Shown: piece by piece, positions 52,001 to 60,858 of the stretch
Layout: every line of letters starts with the position of its first letter
How positions within the stretch are numbered: position 1 is the stretch's first letter
Program-made: the position numbers and the translations under genes
Notes under the pieces: model-generated
The model's input: only the letters and a program-made list of their open reading frames with translations
Databases searched by the model: none
What the model was told of the DNA's origin: nothing
NCBI RefSeq assembly: GCF_006345805.1
Contig: NC_042997.1
Location: forward strand, 140,802,001 to 140,866,000
Source of the DNA: Octopus sinensis
Taxonomy: Eukaryota
Direction: 5' to 3'
Length of the DNA: 64,000 nucleotides

Positions 52001-53815
52001 TTGACATTAGGCTATTGTATTAAAATTATTGATCATGTTAAATTTAGCCTTGTTTACATTTAGTGATGACTCAGAAGCCAATAATCATCATCATCATCAT
52101 TTAATGTCTGCTTTCCATGTTAGCCCTTCCTAATGTCAACCACTCTGAGAGTGTAGTGGGTACTTTTTACATGTCACTGGCATGGGGGCCAGTCAGGCGG
52201 TACTCTCAATGACCTCGCTCGAATCTTTTTACACATGCCACCGGCACAGGTGCCAGTAAGGCGACATTGGTAACGATCACGCTCAAATGGTGCCCTTTTA
52301 CGTGTCACGGCATGGGGGCCAGTCAGGCGGTACTGGCAATGACCTCACTCGAATCTTTTTACTCATGCCACCGGCACAGGTGCCAGTAAGGCGACGTTGG
52401 TAACGATCACGCTTGAATGGTGCCCTTTTACGTGCCATGGGCACGGAAGCTAGTTGGCTGCTCTGGCAACAATCATGCTTGAATGGTGCCCTTTTATGTG
52501 CCACAGGCACGGAAGCTAGTTGGCTGCTCTGGCAACGATCATGCTTGGATGGTGCGCTTGGCACCCTACTAGCACGGGCACAAGTGCCAGTAAGGCGACA
52601 CTGGTAACGATCAGACTCGAATGGTGCCCTTTTATGTGCCACTGGCACGGAAGCTAGTTAGCTGCTCTGTCAAACAATCACACTCATATGGTGCTCTTTG
52701 CACCCTGCTAGCACGGATGCCAAAGCCTAATATTTGGTACTCCATATGATCTTAGTGAGCAAGTTTTGCCAACTTACATTGATGTACTAAAATGTGTTTT
52801 ATTTGAATGAGAAAAAGATAAGAATGTAGTTTAGAAAGATCCTTCAATTAAACAAATTATCAAGATCATAGCAGAAAAAATAATTCTTCTTGGCAAAATG
52901 CATCCAGCCCTTGTGTTATGATTGAGTTAGTTAAACCGAAAATCTTAAGCTTTTATCTAAAGTACCAAGCATTACTAAAATCTGTGTAAAATAGAAAAAA
53001 ATGGGCCATCATTTCAAACAAAGTGTAATGTGTTTGAAAACAATGCAACAAAAGATTTATTTGATATTTCCTGTTGCAAATGCAACTCCTTTAAAAACAG
53101 CAGTTATAGTAGAGACAAAAATGTACTACAGAGAGAACAAGATTTTTTACAGGATCAACAGACAAATAGAAAATTGATCATTGGTGGAATAGATCAAGCA
53201 GTATCTAAACGGAACATTCTGAGGTTGATTAGAAAGAATCAAGCCAGATCACAGTCACTTTTCTATGTCAGCAAAGGAAAATTTAAGATTTTGGTTTAAC
53301 TGATTCAATTGTAACACAAGGGATGGATGCCTTTTGTCAAAGAAAAATTATCTTTTCTGGTACAATCTTGACAATTTGTTTAATTTATTTTAATGTGTGT
53401 GTAATCTAGACCTCATGTAACACATATATTTGGTTACCGGGTATTAAAAATAATAATGAAAACAAAGTCGAAAAGTATATTTATTTCATATAATTTTGAA
53501 ATTTCAAGTGTGTTGCGGAGCCTGAAGATAGAAATTTTAGAGCTTGAGATTTTAACACTCTTGTTTTTAAAGGATTTCGCAAAAGGAAACTGATTCGTAA
53601 CAATGAATGCAAAAAAAATATGAGGAGTGGCAAACATGTTATAAATTGATTTTTCACTCATTATTCAAAATTTCAAGTGGGCTATGGAGCTGAAGATGTA
53701 AATTTAAGAACTTCAGACTTTAACACAGTTGTTTTTAAAGGATTTCACTATAAAAAATATATTCTTGAACACATATTTTGAAAACCTGTTTAAAATGTAT
53801 CTTTTGCACTCCACC

Positions 53816-53865
<50 letters not shown>

Positions 53866-54625
53866 ATATATATACATGTATATATATATATGTATGTATA
53901 TATCTATATGTGTGTGTGTATGTGTTTCTCCCATCACCACTTGACAACCAGTGTGCATGTGTTTATGTCCCCCATAACTTAGCAGTTCAGTTAAAAGAGA
54001 CCGATAGAATAAGTACCAGGCTTTAAAAAAGAAATAAGTACTGGGCCAATTTATGCGACTAAAAACCCTTCAAAACAGTGTTCCAACATGGCAAAAGACC
54101 AAAATATATGTATGTATATATCTATATGTGTGTGTGTATGTGTTTCTCCCATCACCACTTGACAACCAGTGTGCATGTGTTTATGTCCCCCATAACTTAG
54201 CAGTTCAGTTAAAAGAGGCCGATAGAATAAGTACCAGGCTTTAAAAAAGAAATAAGTACTGGGCCAATTTATGCGACTAAAAACCCTTCAAAACAGTGTT
54301 CCAACATGGCAAAAGACAAAAATATGTATGTATGTATGTAAAGTCATACTGTCAAGAGGTATGAAAGGTGAATATATATTCAACCAAGTAACTCCCCATA
54401 GGATCATGACTGTTTCACAGCCTTCTTCATGTTGTATTAATTTTGGTATGGTAAAAATGATGTTAGCATTTATATCTATACACAGTATTATACAATACAA
54501 TTGTATATTCACAAATTAATTCACATAAAGAAAGCCAGCTCATCAGATGACTGGAACATTATGGTTACCATAACTATTCAACTCCAAATATACACACAAA
54601 ATTTCCTCTTTGAATATATATATAT

Positions 54626-54660
<35 letters not shown>

Positions 54661-55027
54661 CATCATCATCATCATCATCATCGTTTAACGTCCGCTTTCC
54701 ATGCTAGCATGGGTTGGACGGTTCAACTGGGGTCTGGCAAGCCCGAAGGCTGCACCAGGCCAGTCAGATCTGGCAGTGTTTCTACAGCTGGATGCCCTTC
54801 CTAACGCCAACCACTCCGAGAGTGTAGTGGGTGATTTTATGTGCCACCGACACAGGTGCCAGACGAGGCTGGCAGACGGCCACGCTCGGATGGTGTTTTT
54901 TATGTGCCACCGACACAGGTGCCAGACAAGGCTGGCTGACGGCCACGCTCGGATGGTGTTTTCTTATGTGTCACCGACACAGGTGCCAGACGGGGCTGGC
55001 GGACGGCCACGCTCGGATGGTGTTTGT

Positions 55028-55090
<63 letters not shown>

Positions 55091-56524
55091 TATATATAAA
55101 TCTAATTTTGTCTGGTTCCTGCCTTCAATACATTGTGTATATATATGCAATGTATTGAAGGCTGGAACCAGACAAAATTAGATTGACTTAGTATAACTAA
55201 AGATATATTGCTTCTTATTAATTAAGTGCTAGAGAGAAATTTAAGCAACTGACTATCCTTAATGTAAATCTGTATCTAATTAAGTGTGCATATATGATGG
55301 ACTTCTGCATGGTTTCCATCAACTAAATTCTATTCACAAGGCATTGATCAACACTGTGCTATACTAACAGACACTTGGCAATGGTATCACATTGTGGATC
55401 AAACTTGGATTCATGTATTCTTTTCTACTCATGGCACAAGGCCCAAAATTTTGGGGGAGGGGGGGCCAGTCGATTAGATCAACGCCAGTATGCAACTGTT
55501 ACTTAATTTATCGACCCCCAAAAGCATGAAAGGCAACGTTGACCTTGGTGGAATTTGAACTCAGAACATAAAGACAGATGAAATACCACTAAGCATTTCG
55601 CCTGGCATGCAAACTTTTCTGCCCGCTTGCCTTGGATTATGAATCCATTTGTAAAGCTAACTTCTTTATCATATAGCTATGCCTGTGCCTATACTTAGAG
55701 AAAAATTATCCTTTTGTTTTAATTTGCTAGCATTTTGTTTAATATAGGGTAACATATTTCTTCTGATTATTTGATAAAGAGAGCATTGATGTCTTGAGGT
55801 GACAGGGTGTGGAACAACTAGTAAAGAGGTCACTTGATGATGGTATCTTACCTCTGGTACTGCAATGCTTACGAGACTTATCAAACGGCTTTGGGTTCTG
55901 TCCCACTGCATGTTACTTTGGATAAGTATCTCCTACTAAAGCTCCAGGTCAACCAAAGCCTTGTGAGTGGATTTAGTTGATGGAAACTGAAAGAAGTTCA
56001 TTATATATATATGTTCATATTTTAATGTTCTGCTTAGGTATAGTGATACTAATAAGTGTTAGTTGAGTATAGAGTACAATATGAGATTAAATAAATGACA
56101 AAGGAAAGGGAAATTCTGCAATAAGATGAGGTGCATCACCTTATAACTTCCTTGGAGCTTCTAATATGAAGGAAGCTATAAGGTGATGTACATGCAGTCA
56201 GCTCTGAGTGCACTGCATCTTATAGCAGAAACAGCTGTAAGCTAATGAAGCCCATTGCATAATTTCCTGCTCCTTTGTCATAAATTTGAGTATATATATA
56301 TATATATGGAGGCGCAATGGCCCAGTGGTTAGGGCAGCGGACTTGCGGTCGGAGGATCGCGGTTTCGATTCCCAGACCGGGCGTTGTGTGTGTTTATTGA
56401 GCGAAAACACCTAAAAGCTCCACGAGGCTCCGGCAGGGGATGGTGGTGATCCCTGCTGTACTCTTTCACCACTCTAAAGGCGGTGCTCCAGCATGGCCGC
56501 AGTCAAATGACTGAAAACAAGTAC

Positions 56525-56558
<34 letters not shown>

Positions 56559-56625
56559 TTACATATATATATATAATATATATAATATATATATATATAT
56601 TATATATATAGTATATATATATATA

Positions 56626-56657
<32 letters not shown>

Positions 56658-56839
56658 ATAATATATATATATATATATATTATTATATATATATATATAT
56701 ATATTACATATATATATATAATATATACATATATATATATACAATATATATATATACATATATATATATATACATATATATATATACATATATATATATA
56801 CATATATATATTATACATATATAATATATATATATATAT

Positions 56840-56883
<44 letters not shown>

Positions 56884-59800
56884 ATATATATATATATATT
56901 ATATATATATATATATATGTACATGTGTGTGATAAGGAGACTTTGAACTTGCCTTGTTGTTCTGTCTGTTTGCTGGTTGTAAACAATGGCTCACTGAAAA
57001 TATCAGATGTTGTCATTTGCTTGCAGTCCACTGTGAAAGCAAGTTCGGGCTTCTTGACATGTTTTGACATGCTGTGTGATCTTTGTAAGTAAAAAGGCTT
57101 TTTTATATAGTCATCAGTTCTCTTTGTAAACATGTCCTGGCTGTTTGCCTATCAAAAGGGTGTAAGGATATTGCTGGGGGTAGGTATTAGGAAGGGTGTT
57201 TGGTTGTAGAAAACTCTGCCCCAGGCTATTCACATCTGGCCCATGCAAGCATGGAAAAGATGGCATTAACACAATGACGACCATGATAGTTATAGCATTC
57301 ATAGTTGTAATATTAGTAGTTATGATAAGGTGGCGAGCTGGCAGAATTGTTAGCACATCAGACAAAGTGCTTAGCAACTTTTTGTCCATCTTTATATTCT
57401 GAATTTAAATACTGCCAAGGTCAGCTGCCTTTTGTCCTTTTAGGGTTGATGAAACAAGTACCAGTTGAACACTGTGGTCAATGTAACTGACTTACCTCCC
57501 CCCCCACCACCACTCCTTGGCAGAATCGTTAGCACACTGGGCAAAATGCTTGCAGCATTTCAACTGTCTTCTATATTCTGAGTTCAAATATTGCCAGGGT
57601 TGGCTTTGCCTTTCATTGTTTTGGGATTAATAATATAAGTATCAGTTGGATCCTGGGGTCAATGTAATCGACTTACCCCTACCCCCAAATTGTTGGCTTT
57701 GTGTGAAAATTTGAAGCCAGTATTTGTAGATATGATTTGTAGTTATGATATTGATAGTAATGATCTTCATATGAGGCACCACTAGCTATAATAAAAATAT
57801 TTATGATATTGATACATGTGATGTCTTATGATGTATTGTCAGAATGTAATAAAGTTGTTTACTCTCTACAAACAGATCAAAGAATCTCAGGAGGCAGCAA
57901 ACAAAGCACTTCAGTATTTAGATCGTTATTTCTACCTAATTTGTTTCAATGCATATCTTGCTGAACAGGTATGTATTTTTCCTTCATATTCAATAAACAA
58001 TATATTGTGTATTATCATGCATTATTTTGTGTCCCAACATCAAATTTTCAAGTCACATTAAAGTCAATAAAAGTTTGTGCTTGTTACTTTAAAAAAGAAA
58101 TAAATATTCCTTATATAAAAATAATTAATGTTTACAATGAAAGAATGAAGAACTGCCTGTGTGCTCACTCAGCCTGCTAGAAATAGCAGCTTAATTTTCT
58201 TCTTCATATTCTTCCTTCTTAAAAATAGAAGGATGAGTCACAAAAAAAAAAAAAATTAAAATACAAGTTGATTATGGTTGAAAAGAACGTTTGTATCATA
58301 GAACCAGGGGTGGTCCCTGGTGGTTTGGTATCAAAAGGGTTAAGAATATTGTGCAATACCTGTTGCAGAGTTAAACAAATAATTTTATAACAAAGACATC
58401 ACTATCAAGCAATGAACTTGCAGAATCAATAAAATATTTTTTCTGACTGTCTGCCTTCTGTGTTCAAATCCCACCAATGTTAACTTTGTCTTCCATCCTT
58501 TTTGGGTTTAATTGGATAATTTGAAAGGTAGTTTTCTGTTGTAACAAGATGGAATCATAGAACAAAACTTATGTTGCTTGTTTGAGTGGGTGGGGGAACC
58601 CTCACATCCAGGATATTATTAAATCTAATTTTTTTTAATTACCTATTCTGGAGTAGATAATCTATTTACTTTGCATGCTCTATTTTCCTTCGCTTCAACA
58701 CATTCTAAGGTTCAATTTCTCTTTCGACTTTTCTATTTATATTTTTACATCATAAATGGTTGGTTATCTAGAGAAAAGGACAGAAAAAACGCTATGCATA
58801 AATATTTATTTGACTAGCAGAAACCAACACTAGCAACTTCCAATAGTTCACTTGTATGATAATCATAACAATTCTTCATACTGCCATGTTGGATGAAAAC
58901 CACAATAGTTCTTCAAGCCAACACAGTAGCCTAAAGATTTGTTGTGGCTCTCATACAAGGAAACTTACATAAGTATTATATATTATATTACTAATGCCCA
59001 GACCCCTATTCAAATGTGTATAATGACTATTGTGATGCTGCTTGTTTTTGTACATCTCAAATTGGTGCTTATAGTGTTTATTTTCATATTTTCTTAGTGA
59101 TTTCATTTTATAATCCTAAATTATATAATATTGTAACTGAAAATCTGTTGAGCTCTTAGATCTGCCATTGATAAAATATAAACAGGGATTTATATGTTCA
59201 TCTCACCTTCATCACTATCACCAGCTTAATATGACCTCTGTTGTTTTGACATTTCAGGCTCGTCAGGCATTTAATATCAGCTTTAGTGCATGGATGTTGA
59301 AACATCCGAATCTTTATCGTATCCAGGAACAACTGAATCTGTTTCCCAAGAAGGGCCAAGCATTGCTGAATGAATGCATAATGGTATGTTCTCCATTGGA
59401 TAGTGTATTCCTCACTGTGTGTTAAATGGTTATGTATTTTGAATTGGGTGACATTGTTTATTGCATGGTACGTTGTGAGTTATATTTTGCATTGTATAAT
59501 ATTGACATGGCTTGAAGGTTGTTGGTCTGGTCTGTGGTGATGACTGGTTGAGTCAATGAATGAAAATTTTTGCTAAATGATATATCTCCATTTTCTTATT
59601 TTCTTTATATGTATGTGTGTGTGTATGTGTGTGATATAGACTTAGTACACTTGAAGATGGCTGGAGAATATGCAAAATAAAATCTATTGTAGGCAGGAAC
59701 AGAAAAGACGAATTCTTTCACATTACTATTGACAGGATGAATTTTTCTGTAAATGTTCATACTGTTGAAATGATTAGTTTTAAAAGCTGGACAACCTCTC

Positions 59801-60400
59801 CATTTTAATCATTCAACAATGGAGCTAATTGCCAGCCAGGTAGACTGAGGTAAGTTAGGATGGAGTTTATGTAAGAACATAATATGATGGCTGTAGTTAA
59901 TATTTAACTTTAAGTAAATGTGGTCAGTACTCTCAGCATCTTAACCCTTTCGTTACCGTATTTATTTTGAGATGTTCTGTATTTCTTTCAATTACTTTAA
60001 ATATAACAAAGAATTTAGTAAAATAACTTAGTTATTATTCAGCTAGTATTATGAGCATAAATTGTGACTAAGGTTTGGTGGAAGATTTTTATTCAAAATT
60101 TATAAAAGCAAGACATTTGTACCCAGAGCCAGAGCTGGTTTCAGCCGGGTTGGTAACGAAAGGGTTAACAATGCAAGCACTGTACCTGATTTCCATTAAT
60201 TAATAAATCTGAAAGTTATCAATCATTAAAATATAGACAGCATTGTACTTATGAAAGTAAGTCTTTCTCTCTAAATCTAGGTTGAAGACACCATCAGTCA
60301 GGAAGAGCGTTTGAGTTCAATACAGAATTTAAGTGTAGCTAACTTTCAAAAGGTCACTGGTCATCTTCCTCTTTATGGTATGGCACAACCTGTTTCTCAG
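21707..60400 (+). CDS. PALD1: Paladin-like (PALD1 family) tandem phosphatase-domain protein, 5'-partial spliced CDS, 12 coding exons, 494 codons; continues beyond window
   Basis: Exon lengths 70+137+177+171+155+76+143+112+102+93+126+120 = 1482 nt. All introns are GT-AG and phases are compatible (1,0,0,0,2,0,2,0,0,0,0). Motifs are collinear with vertebrate paladin as recalled from memory: [66 protein letters not shown]. Confidence 0.88.
23380..24330 (-). mobile_element. Degenerate RTE-clade LINE fragment (linker plus RT start)
   Basis: [16 protein letters not shown]..., [29 protein letters not shown] and [20 protein letters not shown] on the minus strand. Confidence 0.8.
25155..25812. mobile_element. 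hAT-like MITE pieces (CAG...CTG ends), partially duplicated around a family B SINE (25309-25520)
   Basis: Ends resemble CAGTGGTTTT... and ...GTTGAGAAACACTG. A related copy lies at ~23100-23350. Confidence 0.5.
26645..27027. repeat. ~100-bp minisatellite (about 4 units) derived from the family C core
   Basis: TTTTG(G/A)CATG unit starts at 26645, 26746, 26846 and 26946. Confidence 0.85.
29400..30200 (+). mobile_element. Very old CR1/L2-group LINE 3' fragment
   Basis: Remnants such as [16 protein letters not shown] and NYENGLCS...MFIPS...LQKLKRNIN resemble CR1-group C-termini recalled from memory. Confidence 0.4.
30552..30922 (+). mobile_element. Family A SINE
   Basis: Head GGAGTGGC...GGTTCC and tail GACTGAAACAAGTAAAAGAG. 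Confidence 0.85.
31118..32098 (+). mobile_element. 5'-truncated R4/Dong-clade non-LTR retrotransposon (CCHC knuckle plus restriction-like endonuclease) in (TAA)n
   Basis: KPLYGKY...[40 protein letters not shown] and KYKDL. One frameshift near 31760, then [11 protein letters not shown]...[12 protein letters not shown] (TAA 31870-72). TAA repeats flank both ends. Confidence 0.92.
32513..33350 (+). mobile_element. Three further R4/Dong 3' fragments separated by (TAA)n: 32513-32662, ~32720-32991, 33048-33350
   Basis: First is a repeated 3'UTR of the 31118 element. The other two encode IVGALG..K..DKYI...[19 protein letters not shown] and share a second type of 3'UTR. Confidence 0.85.
33627..33866 (-). 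mobile_element. Family B tRNA-head SINE (AAGGCGGCGAGCTGGCAGAA head), representative copy
   Basis: About 20 copies, e.g. 3692-3840, 6713-6900, 7612-7830, 21210-21535, 25309-25520, 41407-41595, 43420-43840, 49790-49990, 55425-55635, 57328-57720, 60460-60858, 63504-63735. B-box-like GAGTTCAAATTCC. Confidence 0.85.
36535..36947 (+). mobile_element. Family A tRNA-head SINE, full length
   Basis: A box TGGCTGTGTGGT, B box GGTTCAGTCCC, central TA/TG microsatellite and AGAGTAAA tail; many copies in the window. Confidence 0.9.
37073..37209 (+). CDS. PALD1: Coding exon 2: (K)[45 protein letters not shown]
   Basis: AG at 37071-72, GTAGGT at 37210. Resembles paladin VVITYNCKEEF...LGRLSDNTPEHYLVQ. Confidence 0.85.
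38826..39002 (+). CDS. PALD1: Coding exon 3: NKYFLVSDQ...[29 protein letters not shown]
   Basis: ctAG acceptor, GTAAGT donor at 39003. Contains YFLV and YGMAQP paladin motifs. Confidence 0.92.
41385..41813. mobile_element. TTAA MITE family 1 containing a family B SINE (41407-41595) with 13-bp TSD
   Basis: TAGCATTCAGATT at 41394-41406 and 41596-41608; TTAA ends at 41385 and 41810. Confidence 0.8.
42118..42288 (+). CDS. PALD1: Coding exon 4: [14 protein letters not shown]...EQELTLRKQ
   Basis: tgtAG acceptor, GTATCT donor. Contains the LREEPV motif. Confidence 0.92.
42580..43054. mobile_element. TTAA MITE family 2 interrupted by a family C element (42611-~42860)
   Basis: Flanks rejoin to match the intact copy at 59941-60168. 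Confidence 0.8.
43915..44069 (+). CDS. PALD1: Coding exon 5: [51 protein letters not shown](R)
   Basis: ctttcacAG acceptor, GTAAGC donor. Open frame; phase 2 matches the next exon. Confidence 0.85.
45062..46070 (+). mobile_element. Degenerate mariner (DD34D-type) transposon
   Basis: [42 protein letters not shown] and [17 protein letters not shown]. Right TIR ends ...AACCCTCA|TA at 46070. Confidence 0.9.
46431..46874 (-). mobile_element. Family A SINE, full length, ending 25 nt upstream of exon 6
   Basis: Reverse complement matches 36535-36947; CpGs are largely retained, suggesting a young copy. Confidence 0.9.
46900..46975 (+). CDS. PALD1: Coding exon 6: (R)[25 protein letters not shown]
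   Basis: actttcAG acceptor, GTAAAT donor. Matches paladin YRYHRLPL...EAQLDAFVSVLR. Confidence 0.87.
47708..47850 (+). CDS. PALD1: Coding exon 7 (P-loop exon of domain 1): [47 protein letters not shown](N)
   Basis: Long pyrimidine tract plus ctaacAG acceptor, GTAAGT donor. It is the phase 0-to-2 exon needed to bridge exons 6 and 8, and aligns to PALVFSCQMGVGRTNLGMVL. Confidence 0.85.
48432..48946 (-). mobile_element. ~515-bp non-coding interspersed element flanked by (TTA)n on both sides
   Basis: Complex sequence embedded in a TAA/TTA microsatellite like the Dong fragments; no convincing ORF; family not assigned. Confidence 0.55.
49029..49140 (+). CDS. PALD1: Coding exon 8: [37 protein letters not shown]
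   Basis: actttcAG acceptor, GTAAAT donor. Contains the GEF..I..LV..LP.G motif typical of paladin. Confidence 0.9.
51015..51116 (+). CDS. PALD1: Coding exon 9: [34 protein letters not shown]
   Basis: tttcAG acceptor, GTAAGT donor. Contains the VD..ID.C motif. Confidence 0.9.
51621..53818. mobile_element. 2.2-kb TIR DNA transposon relic inside the TA tract of a family A SINE, itself interrupted by family C (52085-52720)
   Basis: TAGGGTGGAGTG at 51621 and CACTCCACCCTA ending 53818. SINE head at 51471-51620 and SINE 3' half from 53819. ORF remnant LFDISCCKC...[17 protein letters not shown] at 53030-53299. Confidence 0.75.
53887..54322 (+). repeat. 218-bp tandem duplication of a SINE 3' half
   Basis: Units 53887-54104 and 54105-54322 differ at two positions by eye. 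Confidence 0.9.
54839..55024. repeat. 3 x 63-64-bp tandem repeat within a family C element
   Basis: ATGTG(C/T)CACCGACACAGGTGCCAGAC... starts at 54839, 54902 and 54966. Confidence 0.9.
55099..55184. other. 86-nt hairpin: 37-bp arms, one mismatch, 12-nt loop
   Basis: 55099-55135 is the reverse complement of 55148-55184 except for T55120/T55163. Confidence 0.95.
56308..56541 (+). mobile_element. Chimeric SINE: family D tRNA-like head fused to family A tail and poly(A)
   Basis: GGAGGCGCAATGGCCCAGTGGTTAGG...GGTTTCGATTCC head to 56475, then AAAGGCGGTGCTCCAGCATGGCCGCAGTCAAATGACTGAAA (family A 3' end). Confidence 0.7.
56542..56920. repeat. ~380-bp almost pure (TA)n compound tract
   Basis: Direct reading. 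Confidence 0.95.
57876..57968 (+). CDS. PALD1: Coding exon 10: [31 protein letters not shown]
   Basis: aacAG acceptor, GTATGT donor. Contains the hallmark L.RYFYLI.FN.YL.EQ. Confidence 0.95.
59258..59383 (+). CDS. PALD1: Coding exon 11: [42 protein letters not shown]
   Basis: atttcAG acceptor, GTATGT donor. Contains the SFS.W...HP.LYR motif. Confidence 0.93.
59941..60168. mobile_element. Intact piggyBac-like MITE family 2 with perfect 13-bp TIR
   Basis: TTAA|CCCTTTCGTTACC ... GGTAACGAAAGGG|TTAA. Confidence 0.9.
60281..60400 (+). CDS. PALD1: Coding exon 12 (start of domain 2): [40 protein letters not shown]
   Basis: ctAG acceptor, GTAAGT donor. Matches VANFRRVPRMPIYGTAQP and repeats the exon 3 motif [10 protein letters not shown], showing the internal domain duplication. 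Confidence 0.93.
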
Positions 60401-60459
60401 GTAAGTCAAAGAAGATTATGTTGTTTTACTGTTGATTTCTTTAAAGTCATACTAATATT

Positions 60460-60858
60460 CTTTTCTATTCTAGGCACAAGGCTCAGAATTTTTTTTTTGT
60501 GGGGGGCAATCAATTAGATCGACCCAGTATGCAACTGGTACTTAATTTATCAACCCCGAAAGGATGAAAGGCAAAGTCAACCTTAGTGGAATTTGAACTC
60601 AGAATGTAAAAGACTGATGAAATACCTATTTCTTTACTGCCCACAAGGGGTTACACACAGAGGGGACAAACAAGGACAGACACACGGATTAGGTCGATTA
60701 TATCGACCCCAGTGTGTAACTGGTACTTATTTAATCGACCCCGAAAGGATGAAAGCAAAGTTGACCTCGGTGGAATTTGAACTCAGAACGTAGTGGCAGA
60801 TGAAATACCGCTAAGCATTTCAACCGGCATGCTAACGTTTTAGCCAGCTTGCCGCCTT
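60460..60858 (-). mobile_element. Dimeric family B SINE with a single 17-bp TSD
   Basis: AAAGTCATACTAATATT at 60443-60459 and 60859-60875; one head and two bodies with different tails. Confidence 0.8.

Noticed and set aside
52130-52720. CRISPR-like array of palindromic repeats (also 26645-27027, 54839-55024)
   Set aside because: Eukaryotic context; units are tandem duplicates without unique spacers; no cas genes.
56308-56385. Possible tRNA gene
   Set aside because: Has A/B boxes but no convincing acceptor stem and runs straight into SINE body sequence. It is a SINE head, as are the heads of families A, B and E.
4506-57133. Dozens of ORFs rich in YIHT, CVCV, poly-H/D/M/I/N/Y
   Set aside because: Translations of TATG, CA, TA, GAT and TAA microsatellites; no splice or homology support.
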